Positions 27,018 to 43,581 of a DNA stretch of 64,000 nucleotides are shown here, piece by piece. Source of the stretch: Eledone cirrhosa (Eukaryota); the NCBI GenBank assembly GCA_964016885.1, contig OZ024742.1, forward strand, positions 316,634,001 through 316,698,000. The letters are read 5' to 3'. The translations under genes were made by a program, and so were the position numbers. A model generated the notes under the pieces. It saw nothing but the letters and a program-made list of their open reading frames with translations, did no database searches and was not told where the DNA came from. How positions within the stretch are numbered: position 1 is the first letter of the stretch; each line of letters starts with the position of its first letter.

Positions 27018-27500
27018 TTGAGATCGGTGTGGAAGTCGGACCTTCGTAGAGACCTAAAAATCCGCCTCTTCATTGCTGTAGTGGAGTCTGTGCTGCTGTA
27101 TGGGTCTGAGACTTGGACACTGACCAAGAAACTCACTCAGATGGTGGATGGGTGCTACACGAGAATGCTGAGGATAGCTCTGAACATTAATCAGTATACA
27201 CTTAGGATGAAAAACTCAGAGCTGTATGGGAGCATCCCAAAAGTCAGCTCAAAAGTGACACAGAGGAGACTGAGGTTGGCTGGACATGCTCACCGACATC
27301 CAGAGTTGACATTGCACTCAGTGCTCCTTTGGGAGCCCCTACATGGACACACTAGAAGAGGAAGACCAAGGTTAACATATGTTGATGCCCTAAGGATAGA
27401 CACTGGTCTGTTGGAGATGCAGGATATGGCAGCGATAATGAGGGACAGAGACCACTGGAGAGAACTCGTCCATGGATCTCGGGAATTTTACTCGCCTTAG
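27018..27500 (+). mobile_element. 5'-truncated RTE-clade LINE 3' end
   Basis: VESVLLYGSETWTLT..RRLRLAGH..RRGRPRLTYVD..DRDHW; (TAGA)n tail; inside (TA)n. Confidence 0.9.
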
Positions 27501-27712
27501 ATAGATAGATAGATATATATATAATGTATATATAATGTATATATATATATAATGTATGTATATATAATGTATGTATATATAATGTATATATGTATAATGT
27601 ATGTATATATAATGTATGTATATATAATGTATGTATATATAATGTATATATATATAATGTATATATATATATATATATATAAAATGTATATATATATATA
27701 TATATATATAAT

Positions 27713-27894
27713 TGTTTATACTTTAGGCACAAGGCCAGTAATTACCCAGTTCATTACTGGTACTTTATTTTATCGACCCCGTAAGGATGAAAGGCAAAGT
27801 CAACCTCAGCGGAATTTGAACTCAGATCGTAAAGGGACGTAACTATGCTGGAAATCATGGCGTCCGACCCTCTACTGATACTGCCAATCCACCG

Positions 27895-27897
<3 letters not shown>
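27713..27897 (-). mobile_element. Octopus-type tRNA-derived SINE
   Basis: Close match to 35750-35945 in reverse orientation. Confidence 0.85.
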
Positions 27898-27955
<58 letters not shown>

Positions 27956-27968
27956 GTATATATATAAT

Positions 27969-28052
<84 letters not shown>

Positions 28053-28054
<2 letters not shown>

Positions 28055-31000
28055 GAATATTACTCCAGCATTAACTAAACTAATTGGAACCATTGAAACA
28101 GCAATGCTCCAAAAGCTGGAACAACCATTACAACCCAATCTACGAGATGTTCACTCAGTAAAAAACACCCTAATCAATATATGGACTCAAAAGCTCACAG
28201 CCCACATATTCGCCTTTAGGAATCTCCTAAAAAATAATGGCAAGGCAGACATATATGAAAAGTGGCTAAACTCTACCCCAATCATCCACCCCAAAAAACT
28301 CCAAATAAAACCCATCCGAATGTACCAGAAAATCAACAAAAACTTAGGGAAAAGATGGCGTTAGAAAAGTTTAAAATAGAAATAAAACTGTTGCGGTTAA
28401 AAGCCAACTCCAACGAAGATAAGTTCAAGTCACTTAAACAACAGATGGAAACAGAAATCACAAGGCACTCTGAAGGCCTACTCTATGAAAAAAACTTAAA
28501 ACATTGCAAAGAAAATTGTGTGGATTAAGAACTGACATCCCTCCAGCGATGGGAAAAAAACGCCACCTGGTTCAACAACTACAAAATGGATTTCAAAAAT
28601 GAACAACATACAGGTAACCCATTTTAAAAACAAACTAAAACTCACACACCACATGCAAAACAAATAACAAAAAAAGTAACAAAACGTCCAACATACCCCC
28701 AGCAAAACTATGACGATAATCCCAGAACCCATAGACAAAACTATAACCCTACTAACAAAACCCGAATGTCCCCCAACACAAGACAGGACCCGATCCGCAG
28801 ATCACAACCCACACAAAACCAATTCCAAAACCGTTGACCCCAACCCACACAGAACCTGTTCCAAAATCGTAGATCCCAACCCAAACAAAAGAACAAAATC
28901 TACAACCCGGACTATCAACAAACCTAACCTCAATATGTCCGAAACTTGTATACAAGACCACACAACAACAGAGGAAAAGCCATTAGATATTAAAATACCC
29001 ATGAAAAAAAAATTCAGAAAAATCATTTTTTAGACCAAGGCTACAGGACCCACGACACCCGGTGGCACAAACCGATTTTGAAAAACCGAAAATAATCAAG
29101 CTTTCAAATACAAATTTCTCAGCCCAACAAATTAAAATTCTCTCCAAAGGACTGAAATTCACACCAACACCACAATACTCTAACCACAATGAGATAAATG
29201 ACGATATCTCACACTTCTGTAGAAAATTACGTCTCACAGAGGAATCTTTTGACAAGGAGAATAACGACCAATCAATTGTACGGAATAAAAGCAGCTATAA
29301 TCCAACAAAAGGTAGAAACAGAGTTCTGGACAAATTTTGTGACCACATAGCAACTTTCCCATACCATGAACTACCGCAATCTAAACCCAAACCCAACACG
29401 AGTCGAAGGGAATGGAAAATTATCCATGAAAAAACAATATGGACATAATAATTAAGGAAGCGGACAAGAGAAGTACTGTCGTCATTATGGATGTCGTCAT
29501 TATGGATTCTCTCTTACAAAATACTAACTACCATGAAAGAGTAAAAACTAGAAGCAATAAAAAACGATGACCAGATTAAACACATTCATTTGTCGATATC
29601 AGGGAGATTAACTAAAAGGAACGCGATTATTTGACACATTTTGAATACAAAACCAGCAACCTTTACGGACTCCCGAAGATCCACAAGTGTAAAATAATTA
29701 ACGATGCCTGTAAACGATCCACCTCAACCTGCGTGAACACACAATACCCCACAGACCTTAAATTAAGACCAATTGTAGCGGGCCCACAATGTGAAACACA
29801 CAGACTAAGCAACTTTATAGACATACTACTAAAACCAATTCTGAACCACATACCAAGCCTTGTAAGAGACGATCTGAACCTCTTAAACCACCTCCCAAAA
29901 AATGTCAATAATGACACTATTATTGTGTCTTTCGATGTAGTGAATCTCTACACAACGATCCCACACGAATACGGAGTAGAGACAATAGGATTATGGCTAG
30001 AGATATATCCCAATGAGATACCTGACAGAATAGAAAAAAGCTTCATCAACGAGGGATTAATATTTATTTTACAGAACAACTTTTTTGATTTCGATGGCAG
30101 TACTTGCAAGCAAATATCGGGGACTGCGATGGGTACAAAACCGCTCCAACTTATGCCAACTTAGTCATGGCATACTTGGAAGTCAAGATATATGAACAGT
30201 CCAAATCAAAATACGGATTGAACTTCCACAAATATTTATCAGAGAACTGGAAACGCTACTTGGATGATTGTCTCATTCTTTGGTCTCACACACTCGACCA
30301 ACTAAATGATTTCAAAAATAAAATTAACGGCATCAATAACCACATCCAATTTACAATGGAATACAGCCAAGATTAACTCCCATTTTTTATGGACATCTTA
30401 ATCTTGAAAAAAGACACAAATATTGAAACTGACATGCACTACAAACCAACAGATTCCAAACAATATCTGCTATTCACCGCCAACCATCCAAAGCACACGA
30501 AGACGAACATCCCTTTTAACCTATCTAGAAGAATTTGCACAATTGTCTCCAATTATGAAACGCGAAATAAAAGACTTCAAGAATTAAATGAAATTCTACT
30601 CGAAAGACAGTACCCACCATTACTAATAAATAATGGAATAGAAAGGGCTAAAGCAATAGGCATTAATGAATTACGAAAACAGAAACAAATGCAAGATACG
30701 TCCAATATTCTATCATATATCTCAACACACAACCCAAGAAATGCGGAAGCTTACAACACTATTCACAAGAACATCCCACTATTGAAACAAGACCCAAGAA
30801 TGAAAAAAGCCCTTGAAACACACAAAAATAATCAAAAGCAAAAGACAACCGAATTCACTAAAAACATTACTCACCAATGTCAAATTACCTACCACAAACC
30901 CACAACCAACTGTCAAAAAATGTGGTCGCTCTAATTGTGGAACCTGCACTCACCTCATTGAAGGCAACACGTATACATTTCAATCAGGACAAAATTTTGC

Positions 31001-31316
31001 TGTAAAAAATCACTTCACTTGCTCATCAAAAAATCTACTTGATGCCATTAAAAGTAAAGGATGCAATGAAGATTATATAGGACAAACTAAACTCACACTC
31101 AGAAACAGAATGACAGTTCATCGCCAACAATTACAAGATCCAACCACGAGACAGATGCCACTAAGTGCATATCTAGACATATGCGCAAGTAATAAGAGAC
31201 AAAAATTCCAAGTCTTCCCATTTTATCTTTGCGCTGACAATACAACAGAACAAATACGAATAAATAAGGAAAATATGTTTATTCAAAAATATAGACCAGC
31301 ATTTAATATAGTTTAA
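28053..31316 (+). pseudogene. PLE RT-GIY-YIG polyprotein, multiply frameshifted
   Basis: ILSKGLKFTPTP; KEADK; LYGLPKIHK; RPIVAG; SFDVVNLYTTIPH; GTAMGTK/APTYANL; WKRYLDD; YKPTD..NHP; linker KCGRSNCGTC; YIGQT..RMTVH. Confidence 0.9.
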
Positions 31317-31648
31317 TATACATTATGTCAACACCATAACATGCTAACCATCCAAACAGACACATACATACACACATAACACCTTCTACTTTAGAAAATA
31401 AAAACCAGAACTAAATAAACCTTAACATACATTAATACTCTAACACCTTAACATGCTAACCACACCCCCACACACACATAACTCCCTCCCCCATTTCTAC
31501 TAACGGAATCATTTTCCTACACACACACACAAAATATATATATTCTCTCCATTTTAACATGCTAACCATACCCCCCCCACACACATGACACCCATATACA
31601 CATACATACACAACTCCCTCCCGCATTTCTACTAATAGAATCATCTTC

Positions 31649-31718
<70 letters not shown>

Positions 31719-31799
31719 AAGCACACAAATAAACATACATATCTCTACTTTCTTTATTTCAATAGAAAGTCTGATTTCTGACACCCCAGCGCACTAGCC

Positions 31800-32400
31800 A
31801 TATTCGCTGAACCAGAACAATTCTCCCCATCCCATTTTTCTTGACAATTACCTTTTGTTTGGCACAAAATTCTCTAAAAGGGTACAAAATAAATTCCCCA
31901 ATACGGGCGCGAAATTTAATGTACTTGTTCACGTGACAGTCATAATTTCATTTATAACCAATCAAATTACATTTCAGCACATCAGTCATATTCAGAACAA
32001 CTCTCTCCATCCCATTTTTCTTGACCATTATCTTTTGTTTGGCACAAAATTCTCTAAATGGCTATAAAAAAATTCCAAAATACGGGCGCGAAATGTAATG
32101 TACTTGTTCACGTAACAGTCATAATTTCATTTATAACCAATTAAATTACATTTATACAAAAAAGCCTTCGTGAGCCACTTTTTTAAAGTAAAAAGAAATT
32201 CAAACACAGACTGGCGCGAAAGCTGATGTGCTTATTCACGTGACTGCATCAACCAACCAAACTTCACTAATATATGAAAAAACAACCTGAGCCCCCCCCC
32301 CCCCTTGTTTGAAGAACTTTGTAACGTGAACTGGCACGAAATTTATTATACTTATTCACCAACCAACCAAATTACTTCTCTAAAAACCTGGCATTTCGAG
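31800..32400 (+). promoter_or_regulatory. Four degenerate 120-180-bp repeats in the PLE 3' UTR carrying E2F-like, E-box and CCAAT motifs
   Basis: GGCGCGAAA at 31906, 32085, 32213 (GGCACGAAA at 32333); CACGTGAC at 31930 and 32238; AACCAAT at 31956 and 32135; function inferred only. Confidence 0.45.
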
Positions 32401-32484
32401 CCACTTATTTCCATATAAAACAGAAGTAACATTCAAAGACCAACCAGATGTGAGAAAAACCACAGACCCTCCATCTCAATTCTA

Positions 32485-32520
32485 CTTTTGAAAAGCAGAA
32501 GAACTGCGAAACCGGTAAAG
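32485..32520 (+). ncRNA. Minimal type I HHR, U3-A8 core variant
   Basis: CTT-TTGAAAA-GCAG(AAGAA)CTGC-GAAA-CCGG-TA-AAG; palindromic stem III ACCGGT; expected pLTR position just before AATAAA. Confidence 0.7.
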
Positions 32521-32764
32521 GAACCAAATAAATATATATATTTAAAAAAAAAAGACTCCAGTTGCATTTTCGATTTCATCTTTTTTCCCTATACTTTCAC
32601 TTGTGTAGGATACCTCGGTTATTTTTCATTTTGTAAAATAAACCTCTTTCTAATATATATATAAATATATATATATATGTAATTATGCATACGTACACAC
32701 ATATATATACACACACATATATACAAATACATATTTACATTATATCGAATATTAATAATAATAT

Positions 32765-32915
32765 CTGATTCGGTTGTAAACAAACAGCCGTAACTCGCTC
32801 GGTATGCAAATGAGGCTACTCAGCCATTGTGTACTTAATAAAATACTATATATTTTCAACTGTTCAACATATTTGCAGCGGTATAGAGTCTTGATGAAGG
32901 TGATAGGCACCTTTT
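32765..32915 (+). mobile_element. Relic of the octamer/TATA/HHR retrozyme-like family
   Basis: TAACTCGCTCGGTATGCAAATGAGGCTACTCAGCC..TATATA..TTGATGA-AGGTG(ATAGG)CACCT aligns with 52746-52866; GAAA half is missing. Confidence 0.6.
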
Positions 32916-35349
32916 AGCTTTGGATTCCATTGATACTATCTATATATAAACATTTGTGATTTATATCCTATCGAATCCGGTGCTTCTAGACAACATATGT
33001 TTATTGTTTTCTAGCTTTTCTCTTCATTTCGAAAATTTTTATTAAAATGTTTATTAAACATGCTCTGGCATGAACTATTCGATTGAAGGCTAACTTTCAC
33101 TCTGGCTTAATTAAGGTTCTGTTGTAGATAGTTCCATATTATCGGAATCACGTATCTTGTTTGTAGCGTGTCTTAGCACGTCTTGTCTCTCCAACCCAGT
33201 GTTAAATTGTATCTATCATATTTTCTAAGTCACTAGATGTTTTGACCCACATAGTCGTTTCCTACTTTTATAACTCGGTATACAATGAACTATCATATCA
33301 GCCTAACATAGGCTGATATGATAGTTCATTGTTCCTAGTTTAATGCTACTTTATTCATGTGAGGTCGTTGTATACCTTAGGGATTTTCTCTTTTTTTCTG
33401 TAGTGGACTGTGCTTCATTTGTACTTCACCGTAGTGTGGGTTGTCTTGCACTACTTTGGTATAGCGTTTTACAAAGATTTTTCTCTTAAGTTTGATAATT
33501 GATTTTATGTGATTCATTTGTAAGGTTTAGAAATTCAATTTCCTTGATATACCTGAAGGGTTTAATATGGCAGTAAAGAAACCTTCTATAATATATAATT
33601 ATTCTGCTCTGTCCCTCTTTCTTTTAACATTTTTGTTTCTCTTCTTATTTTGATTTAGTCATACGTGTTGAGATTCTCAGTCGTTATCTGGCTTTGTTTG
33701 GTTAGGTTTCATTACCTAAACATTTCTCTCTTCATATCCTGAATATAAAGATTGTGAATATTGTGTTGCCCTCAATGCATGGTAAACAATAGGTATAGAA
33801 TATTTGGAAAATGTTAATTAATACACAAATGTAAACTAGAAATGTAAAAATCTTCTCATATCCCCAGTAAATATATTTCACGATAAATTCGGATGCCTAG
33901 AATAAAATACGTCATGAGATAAAATTACCATAAATATTAAAACCAAATTTGCTTTTGATTATGAAGAGAATATCATACACAATATTCAGACTAATATTTT
34001 AGTTAATGCAATTTTTGAGAATTTCTTACCATTTTACTTTTAAGTAGTTGAGGAAATAAAAAAAGAAGAAAAAAAGAAAAAACGAAAAAAAACAAAAACA
34101 AATGACATCTCGATCGTTTCTTTAACTCTAGACTTTGCTATTGACATATTCTTGGTTAGCAACTATCTTCGTCAGCCAACTATCGGTGTTCTTCACATGA
34201 TACCATCACTAGTATTCTGGAAAGTATAATCATCTCAATTGTCCTCTCTTTTAAGAGTTATACGATTCAATTAATATCTTAAATGATTTTACTTTTGCTT
34301 CTATAGTTTAATCCAGATGAGATCTAACTGAGAACACCTATGGCCAGATATAGAAGATCGCGCTTTACATAATGAATATCTATTGTATTCATTCCTTCTT
34401 CCTATTAAAGATACAGTACCTCCCTATCATGGGCTCTCAATATAACGTAGACATTATACCAATATGGCAAGACAAGCACCCCACAACTTAGACACTGACA
34501 GTATTTCAATGTAGCACAAATCTACAATGTCCTTTTTTTAATAAAAGCTAGTAGGGTATTAGTAGAAAGAGATATGACTGCTATTTCTAGCTTGTCAACT
34601 AACCACATAGTACCTTCCTTGTTAATCTTTTGATGCTTTGTTTAGGCGTCGTTCCTCCATAGGTGTTGTTAGTTCTTGCGCTATGTTAGTACGTTTAACA
34701 TCATTATAACATTATATATGTAGCCAATCAGAAATCCCTACTATAAGATCCGGTTCCATATCGTATTAGGAGAAAACATTTAAATATATAAAATAGACAA
34801 ACAAAAATAAAACCGTCTATCCGGCCATTAACAAATTATCCTATACTCAGCTACAGAAGAATTTGAAATGAAATATCATACTATAATAACTTAAATGTTG
34901 TGTCCCGGTTGGATGGCTAATGAAGCGTTTCTCACAAATGAGAATTTATGCCGAATTCATGAAAGGGTAAACGTAGTGAAACTAATTGTTTTCACTTCTT
35001 CATGTGATGTAGTTTGTTTGTGATAAGAGTAACAATTCATCCGATAATTTTATTAACATTGCATTTATTAGCATGTATATTAATATATAATCTCAGATTT
35101 TTAACCAGAAAAGTATTGCAGGAATGTAACAGACAATGTTTTGTTTTTATCAACATACATATAGATATTCCACTGAAAAGATAGACTTGTCAGTTCATTG
35201 TCATGGCATTCATCGGTGTTTTATTTTTCTAAAATTAAATAAGAATGTATATAGCCTACACACAGGAAACTGACAAACTTATTTAGAAGAAATATACTTT
35301 TCGGCTGCCATCAATTTGGATGAAGATATGTGATTATATTATATTAGAA

Positions 35350-35945
35350 TAAGAGCATCGGTTAATATGCTCTGTGGCATATAGTCATGTCCCTTTACGT
35401 TCTGAGTCCAAATCCAGTCGGGCTTAGCTGTGCCTTTCATCCTTATGAGTTCGATAAAATAATGCACTGCGGTCGATTTAATGGATTTTGCTCCCCCATA
35501 AAATTGCTGGGCTTATGTCTATAATAGAAATCATTATATTAGAATAAGATAGTCGGACAATATGCTTTGCGGCATATAGTTATATCCCTTTACGTTCTAA
35601 GTTCAACATCTGCCGAAGCTAGCTTTGCTTTTCATCCTTATGAGATCGATGAAATACAGTATCAGTAACGCACTGGGGTCGAGTTAATCGACTTCCCCTC
35701 CCCAAGTGTTTGGCTTTGCGCCCAAGTCAGAAACCATTATATTAGAATTGACGGTGAATTGGCAGTATCGGTAGAGGGTCGGACGCCATGCTTTGAGGCA
35801 TAGAGTTACGGCCCTTGCCAGTCTGAGTTCAAATCCCGCCGAGGTTAACTTTGCCTTTCATCCTTACGGGGTCGATAAAATAAAGTACCAGTAATACACT
35901 GGTGAATTGCTGGCCTTGTGCCAAAAGTAGAAACAATTATATTAG
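35350..35945 (+). mobile_element. Three head-to-tail copies of the octopus-type tRNA SINE
   Basis: Each has TCTGAGTTCAAATC-like B box, GCCTTTCATCCTTA and AGAAA(C/T)(C/A)ATTAT end; separated by ATTAGAAT. Confidence 0.85.
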
Positions 35946-36850
35946 AATTGAGCAAGGACTTGGATAATAAATAGTTAAGCCAACATTGAGCCGAGTTTAA
36001 GTTTAGGTTTTGATTCCAAACTTAAACCATTTCTTTTCCTTTCTTTTCATAGTAATTTGCATTCAATTGTTCAGACAGTAAAACTATTAAACAATTGCAA
36101 ACGCCCACCTTTAAAAAGAAACGTTTGCTTATGCAACAGAACATTATAGCTATTTTTTAAGGAAATAAATCAAATTCTAGCGTAAAGTTCTAGAATAAAA
36201 CGGAAATATGAAACACGATTCACAGTTATTTACTTATTATTTGTAAATTGCAAATCTTTTAAGAAGAATATTTCCTGTTTGTATAAATTCTAAAATGCCA
36301 TATATTTAGAACAATAAGAAATACTTTATTGTTACATGAAAATAACATTTTACAATAGCTGAATAAGAAATTATAATACCAGTTTAATAGAACGTAAACT
36401 GTTTTAGAGGATTTCGATATAAAATGTTCATATTAAATTTTGCTTTTCTAAATTTTAAATGAAATTTCTCCGTAAAAGAAAATTTCAAAATTAAGAGATT
36501 TATATAGCTTCATGATTATAATAGATCTCAAGGAGATTTTAGGGTTAAATGAAATTTCTAAGGCAAAAAGAGACTTCAGAATGAAAGAAAATTTCAGGAA
36601 ATATGAGATTAAAACAGATTAGTTTGCTTTTTAAATCCTAGTAACAAAGGTATAGCTCGTGTGTTGTAAAAACATCATCTAAATTAATATTTCACTAAAA
36701 TTTTAACAATCCGCGTATCTTAGAAATTAGATTTGTTTGCATAAAGGCAAGCACTACTTAAAGTGTTCAAGGAAAAACTCGTCCACATATTTTTGTATGA
36801 ATGTGTAGACAATATATAACATATATGCAAGCATACACAGTCGCATTAAT

Positions 36851-36906
<56 letters not shown>

Positions 36907-36964
36907 CCACACACACACACACACATACATACATACATACATACATACATACATACGTACATAC

Positions 36965-37036
<72 letters not shown>

Positions 37037-37042
<6 letters not shown>

Positions 37043-37238
37043 GTGAGGTTTTTTACAAAATGAAAAATAACCGAGGTGTCCTACACGAGTGAAAGTATAA
37101 TGAAAAAAAGATGAAATCGAAAATGCAACTGGAGTCTTATTTTTAAAAAATATATATATTCATTTGGTTCCTTTACCGGTTTCGCAGTTCTTCTGCTTTT
37201 CAAAAGTAGAGATGAGATGGAGGGTCTGTGGTTTTTCT

Positions 37239-37240
<2 letters not shown>
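37037..37240 (-). mobile_element. Solo pLTR of the Neptune-like PLE, with U3-A8 HHR at 37171-37206
   Basis: Reverse complement of about 32450-32655; in (TA)n. Confidence 0.85.
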
Positions 37241-37274
<34 letters not shown>

Positions 37275-37320
37275 GTGACGAAACATAAGTCAATTGCATG
37301 AACTCATAATCATTTATTTA

Positions 37321-37372
37321 TGCTATATATGTTTCGATGATAGCCATTGAATGGCTATGACCTCATCAGGCA
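37321..37372 (-). ncRNA. Minimal type I HHR in a short insert (about 37274-37440)
   Basis: TGC-CTGATGA-GGTCATAGCCAT(TCA)ATGGCTATCATC-GAAA-CATATA-TA-GCA on -; stem III imperfect. Confidence 0.65.
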
Positions 37373-37447
37373 GTTAGTCAGTTCTTAGATAGGCGAGCTC
37401 TGTGTTTTTGGCGTTGATGGTATCAGAGCCTTGGGACAAATATATAT

Positions 37448-37645
37448 AAGTTTATCCCGAGTTAAATCGGGGGTAACACAGTAAGTAAGGTACTCAATAC
37501 ATTGCAGGCTATAAACATTTAATATAGAAATGGCTTCTACAGGACTAGAACTGTTTCATTCGGGAGAAATCATCAGGGGCTTCCTGCTGATTTCTCCCGA
37601 ATGAAACTGTTCTAGTCCTGTAGAAGCCATTTCTATATTAAATAT
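37448..37645. mobile_element. Short fold-back pLTR fragment centred on an HHR
   Basis: About 60-bp inverted arms; CTGATGA-TTTCTCCCGAAT-GAAACAGTT on -, CTGCTGA variant on +. Confidence 0.65.
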
Positions 37646-37679
37646 ATATATATATATATAGATAGATAGAGACAGAGAA

Positions 37680-37990
37680 TAAAGATAAAACGATGAAGTT
37701 TCGTTTATATGTGTTTAGTTTTTAATTGCGTATCAACTTGTTACGCGCGTTTCGAGAATTGACTCAGGGTCGTCCAGAGAAGTTATGGACCCGAATCCAT
37801 TATCGATCTGATCTTCAGGGAGGCGATCCCAAACACTATATTTCTTGTTTAATCGCCAGTCTGACGATCAGATCGATAATGGAGTCGGGTTTATACTTTC
37901 TGTGGATGACCCTGAACCAATCCTCTGCGAAACAGGTCGCTACATAATAAATAACTAAATACATATAAACGAAACTTTACCGTTTACACA
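37680..37990. mobile_element. Diverged inverted pair of long-stem-II HHR-like motifs
   Basis: - : CTGAAGA (37812-37818)..GAAACGCGCGTA (37742-37753); + : CTGACGA (37861-37867)..GAAACAGGTC (37929-37938); both followed by ACTAAA.ACATATAAACGAAACTT. Confidence 0.6.
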
Positions 37991-38040
37991 GACACACACA
38001 CACATATGTATATATATGTATATATATGTGTGTATATATG

Positions 38041-38301
<261 letters not shown>

Positions 38302-38309
38302 ATATATAT

Positions 38310-38475
<166 letters not shown>

Positions 38476-38503
38476 TACATATGTATATATATATACATAT
38501 ATG

Positions 38504-42660
<4,157 letters not shown>

Positions 42661-42662
<2 letters not shown>

Positions 42663-42995
42663 TAGAAAGTGAGTTTTTTTTACAAAATGAAATATAACCG
42701 AGGTGTCCTACACGAGTGAAAGTATAAAGAAAAGAAGATGAAATCGAAAATGCAACTAGAGTCTTATTTAAAAATATATATATATATTTATTTGGTTCCT
42801 TTACCGGTTTCGCAGTTCTTCTGCTTTTCAAAAGTAGAGTTTAGATGGAGGGTATGTGGTTTTTCTCACATCTTTCTCACATAGTTTTGAAAGCAGAAGA
42901 ACTGCGAAACCGGTAAAGGAACCAAATAAATATATATATATTTTAAAAAATAAGACTTCAGTTGCATTTTCGATTTCGTCTTTTTTTCTTTATAT
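42661..42995. mobile_element. Fold-back solo pLTR of the Neptune-like PLE (U3-A8 HHR at 42799-42834 -); a further tail fragment lies at 43400-43505 +
   Basis: Matches 32450-32655 in both orientations. Confidence 0.8.
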
Positions 42996-43008
42996 ATATA
43001 TATGTGTG

Positions 43009-43039
<31 letters not shown>

Positions 43040-43062
43040 GTATATATGTATATATATGTATA

Positions 43063-43104
<42 letters not shown>

Positions 43105-43294
43105 AGTTAATATAAATTAATATATGATAAACACATAAGTGTTTGTATTGTAGCTAACTTAGTCTTTTACAATACAAACACTTATGTGTTTATCATATAT
43201 TAATTTATATTAACTTGTATTTCACGGCTCAGAAATGCTTCTTTCTTTGAGCTAATTAATTGTAAAGGACTGTTTGAGTTTATAACTCTAAATA

Positions 43295-43369
<75 letters not shown>

Positions 43370-43497
43370 GTATATATGTATATATATGTATATATATATA
43401 AGACTCCAGTTGCATTTTCGATTTCAACTCTTTTTCTTTATACTTTCACTCGTGTAGGACACCTCGGTTATTTTTCATTTTGTAAAAAAAACCTCAC

Positions 43498-43577
<80 letters not shown>

Positions 43578-43581
<4 letters not shown>

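Larger units (their letters stand above)
28053..32655 (+). mobile_element. Near full-length Neptune-like PLE with 3' UTR repeats and pLTR
   Basis: Frameshifted polyprotein, 3' UTR, HHR variant at 32485, AATAAA, ends at (TA)n; starts after an (AG)n tract. Confidence 0.85.

Noticed and set aside
33050-33280. Possible decayed GIY-YIG C-terminus on -
   Set aside because: Too degenerate to support by eye
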